Source: Octopus vulgaris (taxonomy: Eukaryota). From it: a stretch of 64,000 bases of DNA. The translations under genes were made by a program, and so were the position numbers. The notes below the pieces were generated by a model that worked only from the letters and a program-made list of their open reading frames with translations, was not told the DNA's origin and did no database searches. The stretch lies in the NCBI GenBank assembly GCA_951406725.2, contig OX597824.1:18972001-19036000 (forward strand). The letters are read 5' to 3'. Shown here piece by piece: positions 43,346 to 57,589 of the stretch. Position 1 is the stretch's first letter. Each line of letters begins with the position of its first letter.

Positions 43346-44345
43346 TACAACACTATTGGGCAAAATCTCCCATTACTAACTAGAGACCCCAAAATGAATA
43401 ACATCCTGAAATCACATAAACTCATCAAATACAAAAAGCAACACAAATCGCTAAAGAAACTTATAACAAATGCGAAGCTTTACACAACAACCACGAAACC
43501 AACGGTTAAAAAATGTGGACGCCCAAACTGTGGACCATGCCCCAACCTAATTGAAAGCTCGGATTTCCTTTTCAAACAAAGAGAGAGGTTCACAATTAAG
43601 ACAAACTTCACATTTGCGTCCGAGAATCTAATTTATGTAATAGCCTGTCCGGGTCGTGGACATCACTATATAGGACAGACAAGTATGACATTGAGACATA
43701 AAGAGCAGATCTGATTCCCGCAATACAGACAGATCCATTTAAGTGAACACATAGAGAAATGTGCAGGACACATGAGACGAAATTTCACAGTTTTCTTCTT
43801 CTACCAGTGCAACGATACAATTTCTTTACAACAATGTTTAATAAAGAAAATTTTTTCATCGAAAAATACAGAACACATCTAAATATGCAGGCATAACCAG
43901 CTTTGATCTCTAAACGTATTTTAATTCACGATTACATACCCATCACTATACATATTTCTCCCCACCACTCTAGTTTTTGAATTTTTGTGTATATATATAT
44001 ATATTCCGCTCCGCTCCCTGCAGAAAACTGGACAATTATCTTCCCTGTTCACAATAATAACAATAACCAATTACTTCCACTTAAGTTTTTCTAATTGTTG
44101 AATCGTTCATTCATAAACTCCACACACAACATGGAAAAAATAATTCTTCTGAAGAAAATAAGTATTTACATAAAATTTAATGTCAGGAATAGCGAAAGCG
44201 AAACTGGTCGACAAACACAATACAAGATATACTAAATATTATATGAAAACTATGTAAAGTCTGTGCATTTTCCATCTTTGATTTCTTATATATATATTAC
44301 AACTCAACTCACACGTGGGGATAATCAAAATTCCTCCCTTTTTAT
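43338..44345 (+). mobile_element. Penelope-like (Neptune-type) Cys knuckle + GIY-YIG endonuclease and 3' region
   Basis: CGRPNCGPC then NLIYVIACPG...YIGQT, later FFIEKYRTHLN; degenerate hammerhead CUGAAGA...GAAACUGGUC at 44149-44209. Confidence 0.88.
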
Positions 44346-44488
44346 TACTATATATATATACACATACATACATATATATATACTTATATACATAGGAACC
44401 CGATCCAATATAAATCGGAGATTCGCCAATATGCTGGTTCCAAGCGCAGCATATGTATAAAAGAGGAACCCCATTTGTTATGTATGCA

Positions 44489-44561
<73 letters not shown>

Positions 44562-45067
44562 GCGTATGTATATATATATATAATAATAATAATATTAGGG
44601 AGTAAATCCAAACTTACATCTATCTATGTATGTATATATATAGAGAGAGAAAGAGAGAAATATAGATATTGATAATAATTACGTGCATATATATATATAC
44701 ATATATATGTATCTTTATATACTTATATATTAAAATATGTATGAATGTATGTAAAAGAGAGTATATGTATATGTATGTACGTTCATGTATGCCTATACGT
44801 ATTCATATACGTATTCATATACGAAAATATGCGTGCGTATGTATGCGTGTGTGTTCGGTCACATTCAATTTCCGTATAATTCAAAATGTTCACAATAGAA
44901 TGGAACCAGTGCAAGACCCTAACAGAGATTTTATCACCATGAGAACACATTTCATTTTTACTGGGATTCAATTTCCTAAACAGACAACAAACAGTAAAAT
45001 ACACAACACGGCTAACCAATAATATGCATGTCTGGCAAGGTTACACGTGTATGTGAGTATGTATGAT

Positions 45068-45187
<120 letters not shown>

Positions 45188-45494
45188 ATGTATGTATATG
45201 AATATGTATGTGTGAGTGTGTGTGACTATGATATATGTGTTTGTGCACTTGTATATATGATATATTATATATATATATATGTGTGTGTATGTATGTATTT
45301 TATATATACATGTATATATAAGCATGCATATGTATATGTGTGTGTGTACGCATGTATAAATATGTATGCTTAATCATATTTTTTATCTATATATGTGAGC
45401 ATATATATACACGTATATATATATATATTTATAGATATAAATATATATACACATGCATATATGTATATATCCATATAGATATGTATATATACAA

Positions 45495-45543
<49 letters not shown>

Positions 45544-45589
45544 TATATAGAGAGATAGATAGATAGAGAGATAGATGGATGGATGGATG

Positions 45590-45628
<39 letters not shown>

Positions 45629-45637
45629 GGATGGATG

Positions 45638-45726
<89 letters not shown>

Positions 45727-45977
45727 CTGTGTGTGCATATATATGTATTTATATGTTTCAATGTATGCATGTTTGTATGGCAGCAAGTTTTTGAGCCCAA
45801 CATCTATATTTATCTATGATCATAATCTAGTCTAATAAAACCCTAGTCATGTCATATATAAGTGTATATATACATACATACATGCATATATACATATATA
45901 TAAGCATAAACGTATATAGATATATATATATGTGTGTGTATATATATATGTGTGTATATACATGTATATACATATAT

Positions 45978-46024
<47 letters not shown>

Positions 46025-46117
46025 TAAATATAAATATATGTTCGTATGTACACCGTGTGTGAGTGAGCCTATATATCCATGTTTGATATATATATATATG
46101 CATATATATATATATAT

Positions 46118-46213
<96 letters not shown>

Positions 46214-46379
46214 TTGTGCTTCTCTCTGCAATATCCTACTCTAGTTTGGCATCCTGTTTTAAAGTTCGAGGATTTAATCTCTCTCATCTCCAACTGAAGA
46301 ATCATTTAAAATAATATTGGTACCTCGGAGGAATTTTCTAATGCAGCTGGTTTTATGCTTAAGTCAGTTGCACATCGTC

Positions 46380-46411
<32 letters not shown>

Positions 46412-46535
46412 CTCTGTCTCTCTCTCTATCTCCTTCTCCTTCAACTGCTTATTCCCCCACTCTCTCTCTCTCTCTCTTTCACGCATTCTTTCTTTTTGTC
46501 TTTCTGTCTCACTCTGCACACAGATATGTGTGTGT

Positions 46536-46717
<182 letters not shown>

Positions 46718-47133
46718 TCACTCACTCACTACCTCACTCACTCACTCACTATCTGCCTCACTCACTCACTCACCCTCCTTCTCATTCACTCTCTCTCTCT
46801 CACTCTTTCTTTCTCTGTCTATGTACATACTCATATATGTAACATATATTCTCTCACATTTCTGCACATATACTCATATATATATTACAGATAACCCCCT
46901 TCTCTCTCTCTCTCTCTTTCACTCTCTCTCTCTCACACACACACTCTCTTTCTTTCTACACACATATACATACCTATAACATATATACTCTCTCCCTCTC
47001 TCTCACTCTTTCTCTTTCAACATATATACTTACTATTCATCTGATTGTATGTAAGAGTTTTCTCTCGTAAATAACTTCTTTCTGTCTCTTTATTTCTCTA
47101 TCTCTGACTCGCTCTATCTCTCCTCCTCTCTGA

Positions 47134-47185
<52 letters not shown>

Positions 47186-47381
47186 CTGTAGTATTCTGTC
47201 TGCTTCTTCCTCCACCTTATTCCGTTCTCTCCCCGCTTTCAAAATAAGGATCTTCCTCAGCTACAAATTTCTATAGCTGCCGGCATAACTTCCTCATATC
47301 AAACGTCTCAGCTGTAACAGGAGAACATTCCTAAAAATACCATGCAATGATAATAATAATAATAAGAAGAAGAAGAAGTAG

Positions 47382-47816
47382 AATACCACAGATTTGCTTG
47401 TCAGCTGTTTGACCTAAACCAGTTGAGCATGTCCCTTAATGGCTGACGATATGTGCCTCTCTGATCTCGAGCAGAAGTAGTGGGGGAGCATCATAGCCAT
47501 GTGTTGAGAGGGATTCTTTCGGGTTTGAATAATTCACCTCTGGAAACTTGGGTGTTTCGTTCAACATCCTTAAACAACCCTTATTCAGGGACCTTTTGAG
47601 CGGGATAGGTTACTCGACCAGAAGAAAATTCTAACTGGGCCCCACCTGCAAGGTCATGTGCTATTTATCTTGATATGAGATCACCATGTCGCACACATAT
47701 GGTTATGATGCATGTGCTTAGTGTACCCTTATCAGACGCGTAGTCATGATGGGTATACTAGGCTTCGTATATTTTACCCCAGTGTCACTTTGATTGCATG
47801 CACTGCTTTCTCAGTC
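47382..47816 (+). mobile_element. ~550-bp (AAT)n-associated element, 5'-truncated
   Basis: Homology to 17891-18446; followed by (AAT)n. Confidence 0.85.
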
Positions 47817-47871
<55 letters not shown>

Positions 47872-47877
47872 GTAATA

Positions 47878-48128
47878 ATGGTTTCAAATTTTAGCACAAA
47901 GCCAGCAGTATCGGGAGAGTGAGTAAGTCAATTGCATCGAACCCCTCTGATCAACTGATACTTATTTTATCGACCCCGGAATAATGAAAGGCAAAGTCAA
48001 CCTCGGCGGAATTTGAACTGACACGTGTTCAAATTGAACGTGAAGACGGACGAAGTACTGCTAAAGATTCAGCCAGTTCGCCGACCTATGCAATGATGAT
48101 GATAATGATGATGATGATGATGATGATG

Positions 48129-48161
<33 letters not shown>

Positions 48162-48320
48162 GTTTCAAATTTTGCCCCAAGGGCAGCAGTTTGGGAGGAG
48201 AGGATGAGTCGATTACATCGACCCCAGTGCGAAACTGGTACTTTATTTATCGACCCCGAAAGGGTGAAAGGCAAAATCGACCTCGGCGGAATTTGAACTC
48301 AGAACGTAACGACAGACAAA
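47878..48320 (-). mobile_element. Two Nin/Deu-domain-like SINE copies
   Basis: Reverse matches to 48580-48700. Confidence 0.7.
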
Positions 48321-48535
48321 ATGCCGGGCGAAATGCTTAGCGGTATTTCGTCCGAAATGAAATGTGAGTCTACATTTCATTTCTAACAGGACAACGACGA
48401 GCCAGAAGGCAAGTGTCTTTGTTGTCGCTTTGACTTATAGAAAATAGTGAAATTGCCCTCAGAATGAACCCGTCCGCCTTAAAACAATAGAATGAACACA
48501 CTTACTGTGGTATTCCTGTTAATTTCCTTTCAATG

Positions 48536-48756
48536 TAAGGTGGCGAGTTGGCAGAAACGTTTGCACGCCGGGCAGTATTTCGTCTGTCTTTACGTTCTGA
48601 GTTCAAATTCCGCCGAGGTCGACTTTGCCTTTCATCCTTTCGGGGTCGATAAATAAAGTACCAGTTTCGCACTGGGATCGATGTAATCGACTTAATCCCT
48701 TTGTCTGTCCTTGTTTGTCCCCTCTATGTTTAGCCCCTTGTGGGCAGTAAAGAAAT
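48536..48756 (+). mobile_element. Nin/Deu-domain-like tRNA SINE
   Basis: GAGTTCAAATTCC B-box, then GAGGTCGACTTTGCCTTTCATCCTTTCGGGGTCGATAAATAAAGTACC. Confidence 0.75.
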
Positions 48757-48837
48757 ATATAGTGCATTATTGTACCATTCAAAACATTTTATTCTTTGCA
48801 AACAATACACAATACTTCAAGCGAACTACAACACTCT

Positions 48838-48892
<55 letters not shown>

Positions 48893-48954
48893 TGTATGTA
48901 TGTATGTATGTATATATATATATATATATATACATACATACATACATACATACA

Positions 48955-49035
<81 letters not shown>

Positions 49036-49042
<7 letters not shown>

Positions 49043-49601
49043 TGAATGGAAGAAATGGAGTTGAACGAAGATTGTACAGAATTCCTTTTATTACATTCTC
49101 TGCCACAATTTTCCAAAATTAATAAGGATACCATATTGCAGCTTTCTCTTCAGGAAAAAGCAGGAATTACGTTGACAGAACAAAACAAAACAGAGGCGCA
49201 GCAATGCAATTCGAACGAGGACGCTCCTTAAGAGCCCATGGTTAAACTCATGGTTCGAATTGCTTTGCTGCGCCTCTGTTTTGTTTTGTTCTGTCAACGT
49301 AATTCCTGCTTTTTCCTGAAGAGAAAGCTGCAATATGGTATCCTTATTTAATCAGAATTTGGAAAATTGTGGCCTTTGAAACATGTGTAGAATGTAATAA
49401 AAGGAATTCTGTACAATCTTCGTTCAACTCCATTTCTTCCATTCACTATTTATATTAAACTTCAATTATCCGCACCAACGCACGGTTGCAACACCAAATG
49501 GTCTTATCTCCAACCGTGTTTTTTTCTGCTGTGATTTTTGCTACCCAGGTATCGGTTAAACTTTTGAATAATCTGTAACAAGAAAATTCATCTTTCCATT
49601 T

Positions 49602-49610
<9 letters not shown>
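49036..49610 (+). mobile_element. Non-autonomous Penelope-like element with inverted duplication (relative of 2790-3244)
   Basis: Inverted arms 49036-49216/49253-49452; flanked by (TA)n. Confidence 0.7.
49313..49392 (+). ncRNA. Hammerhead motif
   Basis: UUC-CUGAAGA-GAAAG...CUUU-GAAA-CAUGUG-UA-GAA. Confidence 0.6.
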
Positions 49611-49657
<47 letters not shown>

Positions 49658-49816
49658 CTCGCTCCAGACAACTCGAGAAGAGGATGAACGATCCATGGTA
49701 GTTGAAAAAGTCAACTTACATATGTATGTATGTGCATGTGTGTGTACTTATGTATGTGTGTATGTAAGTATGTATGCGTGTGTACATGTATGTATCTATG
49801 TAAGTATGCATGTAGA

Positions 49817-50612
49817 TGTGTGTCATTGTTCAGTTTTATTTCACGATTTCTTGCCAATAGAAAAATAACCGGTTTCTCTATTGAGAAGCCTAATTTCTCA
49901 AGTTTGGCATTTAGGCAGAGTGTTACATATCCCAAGGCCCCCAATAATTACAGTTATAAACCTGAACTTGTAATCTAGATAGAGTAACTGCAGCTTTCTC
50001 AATAGTTCAGCGTAGATATTTTCTCTTTCATTGGTCTTCAGTTTTATGTTAAGATCCGCTGGGCAGATAATTTCTACAACTGTACACAGTTTCTCTTCTC
50101 TGTCCCAAATCACTATATCAAGTCTTTTGAGCTTACATTTTTTGTGTGTATGTCATTATTCAGTTTATTTCAAGATTTCTTGCCAATAGAGAAAGAACCG
50201 GTTTCTAACCTAGATTCAAGGCTCCTTCATTGGAATTTCAACATCAACAACAGGGTATTCTTGTATGTATGTATGTATGTATATATGGATGGAGGGATAG
50301 ATGGATGGATGTGCATATTTGTATGTTTTATGTATGTATTCTCATGCATATACTTGCATATCTAGACATTCTCATATATATTTAAATGATATATTTCTGG
50401 AAAGTTTTACAGATTTTTTACAGTTCCAGTAATAGATTGAATCTGTAGTCTTCGAACTAGCTTTCTCCTCTCTTGTTTTGAGAAGCCTAATTCCTCAAGA
50501 TTGATGTTTAGGCAGTGTGCTTCATATAATCAAGGCCCCAATAATTACAGGTATAAACCTGAACTTGTAATCTGGATAGAGTAACTGCAGATTTCTCAAT
50601 AGTTCAGTATAG
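49817..50612 (-). mobile_element. Two tandem truncated R4/Dong-type LINE 3' ends
   Basis: DIVIWDREEKLCTVVEIICPADLNI...YAELLRKLQLLY...VII/GALGYV...LEKLGFS and KLVRRLQIQSITGTVK; shared 3' terminus TTGGCAAGAAATC...AACTGAA(T/C)AATGAC. Confidence 0.8.
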
Positions 50613-50628
50613 GTGTTCGCTTTTTCAC

Positions 50629-51140
50629 ATGTATGTATGTATGTATGTATCTATGTATGTATGTATGTATGTATGTATGTATGTATGTATGTATGTGTGT
50701 ATGTATGTATGTATGTATGTATGTATGTATGTATGTATGTATGTATGTATGTATGTATGTATGTATGTATGTATGTATGTATTTATGTATGTATGTATGT
50801 ATGTATGTATGTATGTATGTATGTATGTATGTATGTATGTATGTATGTATGTATGTATGTATGTATGTATGTATGTATGTATGTATGTATGTATGTATGT
50901 ATGTATGTATGTATGTATGTATGTATGTATGTATGTATGTTGTATGTATGTATGTATGTATGTATGTATGTATGTATGTATGTATGTATGTATGTATGTA
51001 TGTATGTATGTATGTATGTATGTATGTATGTATGTATGTATGTATGTATGTATGTATGTATGTATGTATGTATGTATGTATGTATGTATGTATGTATGTA
51101 TGTATGTGTATGTATGTATGTATGTATGTATGTATGAATG

Positions 51141-51171
<31 letters not shown>

Positions 51172-51390
51172 TGTATGTATGTATGTATGTATGTATGTAT
51201 GTATGTATGTATGTATGTATGTATGTATGTATGTATGTATGTATGTATGTATGTATGTATGTATGTATGTATGTATGTATGTATGTATGTATGTATGTAT
51301 GTATGTATGTATGTATGTATGTATGTATGTATGTATGTATGTATGTATGTATGTATGTATGTATGTATGTATGTATGTATATATGTATGT
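50629..51390. repeat. ~760-bp (TATG)n microsatellite
   Basis: Direct inspection. Confidence 0.97.
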
Positions 51391-51706
51391 ATATATATGT
51401 GAATGTGTGTATACATATGTATGTTTATGTGTGTATGTATGTATTCTATTAACGACAAAAATCATGAAATTTTTATAGACATGGATTAAATCTAGATCAA
51501 TGAGATCACGTAGGAGAATTTTCACTACCCAGATTCTTCTATACATCCGCAGAGACCGAAACTATGTGCCTAAAGAACGAAGCCCGAGGCAGCAATGCTT
51601 CAACTCAGCTGGCACACACCAAGAAATGCTACCTGCTGCTGACATGAACAGGTGCAGGACATATCATGTCTCTTGCTGGATATTTGTCCTCATCTTGCCT
51701 GTTGTT

Positions 51707-51752
51707 AACACAACGTTTCGGCTGATATACCCTCCAGCCTTCATCAGGTGTC
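51707..51752 (-). ncRNA. Intact hammerhead motif in an inverted-duplicated element (51679-51902)
   Basis: GACAC-CUGAUGA-aGGCUG gaggguauau CAGCC-GAAA-CG-UU-GUGUU. Confidence 0.8.
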
Positions 51753-51974
51753 TTGGAGAAATTTCGAACCTGGGTTCTCATTACTGGAAGGTATATCAGC
51801 CGAAACGTTGTGTTAACAACAAACAAGATGAGGACAAATATCCGTCAAATGTAAATAATGTAAACAATGTACATAATTCCTCATCTCTTAAATATAGAAC
51901 TGTATTATAAAATATCTGATTCAGTCCGAATGACAAATGAAATACGTCACTCGTAGTCTGAGACCACAGGATTT

Positions 51975-52410
51975 TCCTGCTAGACGAGTCATCCTCTTGA
52001 AACTGACCCATGATTGGGCATTCTTTTAAAACCTTTGTAAAAACCCTCGTGGAGGACACTGACTAGTTGCCTGCCAGACGAATATTCTCTAGGAACCTAC
52101 CCATGATTGGTTGAAGTAGGGGGCCTTCTTCTAAAACTTTTGCTAAAACCCTGATGGTGGATTGTGGTAACGTGACTCTTGGTTGCCTGCCTGACGAGTC
52201 ATCTTCTAGGAAGCGACCCGTGATTGGTTGAAGTAGGGGCCTTCTTCTAAAACCTTTGCTAAAACCCTCATGGAGGACAGTGGCGACGTGACTGCTAGTT
52301 GCTTGCCAGACGAGTCATCTTCTAAGAACGGATCCAGGATTAATTGCAGGGCCTTCTTCTAAAATCTTAGTAAAAACCCTCATGGAGGACAGTGGTGACG
52401 TGACTGCTGA
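51975..52410. repeat. ~115-bp tandem repeat x4
   Basis: GACGAGTCATCTTCTAGGAA...TGATTGG...CTTCTAAAACCTTTG...AAACCCTC.TGGAGGACA recurs four times. Confidence 0.85.
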
Positions 52411-53055
52411 CGAAGTTACGGCTCTGGTGATGAAAAGGAATGTGTTGCGAAGAGGCCCTTCAAAGAATCCAACGCGAGTGCAAGGAGGCTCTTGATATTG
52501 CTGATAATGAGGAGGAGATGGAAGGGGAAGTTGGATGGGGAGGATGTTAATATTGTAAATCCATCAATAATGATAATCGCTTCTGTGTATGTGTGAGTGT
52601 TTGCTCGAGTGTGCGTGAGGGCAGTAGGGATGCGACGATGTGTGCGCGTGTGTATGAGTAGATGGGTGTGCATTTAAGGGGGGGTGCGCGCAGGATGGGG
52701 TGTGGTGGGGGTGGGGCCGATTGATATAAATCTAATGAAAATGTAGGAATTCTGTGTGATTTCGTTTCGTGTCGCTGCTGCATGCTTCGTTTTTAATTAC
52801 GAAGCTGTGCTAAGTGCTCGAACATAATATTACGTGTTCACATTACAACCAGAACAAACACAAACAAATATCTGTACACACACACACACACACAGACACA
52901 CACATATATATAGATATAAATATATACACATAAATACACATGTATATGTGTGTGCGTTTGTGCAGATATATCTATATATATATATATATTTGTACATATA
53001 TGCATATATATATATATATTTGTATATATATATATATATATTTGTATATATATGC

Positions 53056-53089
<34 letters not shown>

Positions 53090-53299
53090 GAATATATATA
53101 TCATGCCATCATGCCAATATATGTGTGTGTATGTAGTATATATGCATGTATGCGTGTGTATGTATATATGTATATATATATATAGATTTATATACATATA
53201 TATATATATATATATATACATATATAAAAAATATATATAAATATATATATATATATATAGATTTATATACATATATATATACATATATATATATATATA

Positions 53300-53419
<120 letters not shown>

Positions 53420-54141
53420 TTATGCATATTCCTCGTTTAATTCTATCAGCATTATTCACTTTCGAACCCCTGTCATCCTTCTTTCTTAATTTATTTGCTT
53501 TTTTCTTTTTCTCTTTTTTTTTTAAAGAAAAGAAAAAAGGCACGACTTTTAGAGGAATTCATGTAGGTTTATTCCCCCCCACACACACACACACACACCA
53601 ATATATGTAACCCACTTACCCCAGCACCACCACCACCACTATCCCCACCACATCCACCCTGCCACATCCCAAGATATTTTAGCTAAATTGTCTAGCAGAG
53701 AAGTTTTAGCGGGAGATGAAAAGAGCCAGACAGATTTGGTTCGTGTGGTTGGCGACTTGAGATGATTGGGCTGAGAAAGGAAGACTTCAGTAGAGTATAT
53801 AAGAAACCTTTGTCTTTTTGTTTTGGGGGTCTCTATGAGATTTTTCCTTCTTTTTTATTTTATCTATTTATTTATTTATTTATTTATTTTGCTACAAGGC
53901 ATCTTGGGTCGCCCCTTATGAGCAAATTCATGTTTATGGCTGATGTAGTTGTGTTTTCTTTTTATTCGGCAAACAAATGACCTTGCTTTAAAATCTTGCC
54001 TGTCTAATTGTCAATCAGCACGCAAATGTCTTCTGCAATGAAAAAACTGTTAATGAAAAATTTTTACTTCCATTAATACTTTTATAAAGCATCGTTGCGT
54101 ATGTGTGCGTGAATGAATAGATTTCTAGTCATGTATATATG

Positions 54142-54258
<117 letters not shown>

Positions 54259-54304
54259 GTATATATATGTTTGTATGTATATATTTATATATTATATATA
54301 TATT

Positions 54305-54349
<45 letters not shown>

Positions 54350-54692
54350 AGTGTGCGTGTATACAGATATATAGATACATAGGTGTATATATATATATAT
54401 ATGTAAGTGTGCGTGTATGCAGATATATAGATACATATGTGTATATATATATATATATGTGTGTGTATGTATGCATGCTTGTGTGTGTGTGTAACGTATG
54501 CGTATATGCATTTAGATTGTAAGCAATCAAAATGTACGTCTGTGTGCACAGTTTTCATCAGCTGTATATTTCTCACCCTTTGTAAAGATACTCATATCTT
54601 CATACATACAAGTATATAAGACTTCTTATGTCTGTGTACCTGTTTTTATGTATAAGCCGGTGCGTGTATGCGTGTGTGTGTGTGTGTGTGTA

Positions 54693-54736
<44 letters not shown>

Positions 54737-54874
54737 GTGGAACAAACAAACGAACAAAGAGTGGGGGAGAGAAAGTTAGAGAGATTCTGCTATAAGAAAA
54801 TTGATAGGGTATTAAAAAATTCTTTCTAATGAAAGCTTATAAGATCACTAAAAACGTATCCATGTATTTACTCT

Positions 54875-55065
54875 CTCTAGGGCGGGTAAAAATCCCGAGA
54901 TCCATAGACGCGTTCTCTCCAGCGGTTTTTGTCCCTCATCATCGCTGCCATGTCATATAACACTCACAGAGACCAATGTCTGTCCTTCGGGCATCAACAT
55001 ATGTCATCCTCGGTCTACCTCTTCCAGTGTGTCTGTGTCGGGGCTCACACAGGGGCACTGGGTTC
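54875..55065 (-). mobile_element. RTE-like LINE extreme 3' fragment
   Basis: LCEPRHRHTGRGRPRMTYVD resembles the RTE C-terminal W.P..G.R.RGRP..T..D motif. Confidence 0.6.
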
Positions 55066-55414
55066 AGGTGTCCAAGGGATCGCAGAGCAACGTAAAATGA
55101 AGTGTTTTGCTCAAGAACAAAACGCACCACCCGATCCGGGAATCGAAATCCCGATCTGAGGATCGTGAGCGCAACACCCTAAACACTAGGGCAAGCGTCC
55201 TCATATATGTGTGTTTGCGTGTGCATATCTACAGTATATAGGTACATGACTATTTAGATTATATAATAGCATATATACATAGTAACATAGCATATATATA
55301 TGTGTGTGTGTGTGTGTGTGTATGAGTGCCAGTAGTAATATATATGTGTGTGTGTATACATATATATATGAGTGTGTGTGTGTGTATGTATATATGTATA
55401 CATATATATATAAG

Positions 55415-55461
<47 letters not shown>

Positions 55462-55464
<3 letters not shown>

Positions 55465-55745
55465 CGTGATCACCGTGACCGACCAGGCTATCAGATATTG
55501 CTACACATCGCTGGTCACAATGCGCTTCGCATTGTTGTAGCCTTCAAATGACGCCACTCCGCTGGCTAAGCGAGCCGGCCAACAGAAGAAAGAGTGAAAG
55601 AAAGTTGTGGTGAAAGTGTAGAGCAGAAACCTCGTGGATCCTTAGGCTCAATAAGCACTCACAACGCCTGGTCTGAGAATCGAAACTGCGATCCTACGAC
55701 CGCGAGTCCGCTATCCAAACCACTGTGCCATTGTGCCTCCACTGT
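55462..55745 (-). mobile_element. SINE family C copy
   Basis: GTGGAGGCACAATGGCACAGTGGTT...GTTTCGATTCTCAGACC head. Confidence 0.7.
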
Positions 55746-56171
55746 ATATAAATATATATATATATACATATATGTCCCAAGCCACACCCCACCCTTGCTT
55801 ACCCTACCCTCGCCTTCCCCACACCACACACTACCACACCACACACCTCTACATACCACACGACATCACACCAACCCGCACACACTAGCACTGACCACTT
55901 CCCAGCACCCACACCATCATCCACCAACCTACGCACACGTCAAGGTCACCAGCCCCTATCCACATGCTCATACACACTCTCACATACACACGCACGCGCA
56001 CCTTTGTTTTGGGATCACCACTACTTTTTTTAGCTCCCCTGTCTGACCACCCTTGTCCGGCATTCACCATGACACATCGCTAGCCACTAAACCATTTCTA
56101 TTTTCTCATTCTATTTTCTCTCCCTGTCTCATTCTATTTTCTATTTTCTCTCTCTGCTTATTTCTGTGTTC

Positions 56172-56207
56172 ATTTCTGTTGAAGAGCGTAGGCTCGAAAC
56201 GTAAAAT
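56172..56207 (+). ncRNA. Hammerhead-like motif with CUGUUGA core (A6U)
   Basis: AUUU-CUGUUGA-aGAGC guag GCUC-GAAA-CG-UA-AAAU; element 56077-56292, degenerate tandem sister 56458-56648. Confidence 0.6.
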
Positions 56208-56289
56208 ACTTTTCCATTTTTCCTGAGCGTCAAACTAATACACTTGCTTGTTGTTCATACACCTGTCTTCGTTTTTTGCTTTTCTATAA

Positions 56290-56355
<66 letters not shown>

Positions 56356-56362
56356 GTATATG

Positions 56363-56443
<81 letters not shown>

Positions 56444-56648
56444 TCTCTCCATGATAGATCGCTAGCCACTAAGCCTTTTTCTATTTTCTCTCCTTGTTTA
56501 TTTCTATGTTCCTTTATATCGAAGAGCGTAGGCTCGAGATGTAAAAGACTTTCTCACTTCCCGAGCGTTAAACTAATACATCTTTTTGTTATTTACACAC
56601 CAGTCTTCGTCTTTTGTTTTGATTTTTTGTTTTTTTTTATAAATTCCA

Positions 56649-56702
<54 letters not shown>

Positions 56703-57589
56703 TGTGTCTGTGTGTGTGTGTCTGTGTGTGTCTGTATGTATCCAGAGAGACCTAGAAAGAGAGATGAGAATTCTAGACAGATAAGAATGATAGATTGAGA
56801 AAGTGTATGGAACTGAAGTGTTTACATTTGTCGTACTGCTCAAGTATTTGGGGGTGAATTTGGGTAAGTTAAGGGTAGTAGGTTCCGTGAAAGTATGTTT
56901 CTTTGGTCCCTAGCAGACATAAATTATGAATACAAAATACTAACTGTTGTTCAATTACTCGACTACTAAAAAATATTCCTTCTATTCTGTTCTGCAATCT
57001 AGTTTCTCGAATATTCTAGGGAACCTTTGCGCGGATAGTAACTGTATCTGCTAGAAATGGCAGCCAAATCTGCTTTTGATCACGTTTAATCGTATTAAGC
57101 AGTTGATGCGTCACTGGATAATCTAAGCTAGGATGATGAGAAGGGTCACGCCTGGAACGCATTGCGTCAGAGTTTTTCTCAGTCGTTTTTGAGCTGTTGG
57201 ATAGAGGCTGTCATCACCTACTCTGAACCCAACTACATGCTCAGCACCGTCACTCTCCACACCATCACCACAACCGCCACTACCACCACCACCACCACCA
57301 CCAGCACCTTCGCTACCACTACCACCAACACCACCATCAACACCACCAGCGCATCCGCAATCACTACCATCACCACAACTACCACCACCACCACCACCAC
57401 CACAACTACCACCACCAGTACCACTACCGCCACAACCACAAACACCAACACCATCACTACAACTGCCACCTCAACAACCAGCTCCACCACCAAGACTACC
57501 GCCATCACCACCACCACCAACACTACTACCTCAACTACCACCGCTACCACCGTTAACTCTTCTATACATGTGCACTAAGTTTTAACGTT

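Noticed and set aside
57162-57578. Thr-rich mucin-like ORF
   Set aside because: Degenerate (ACC)n repeat with no splice or domain support.
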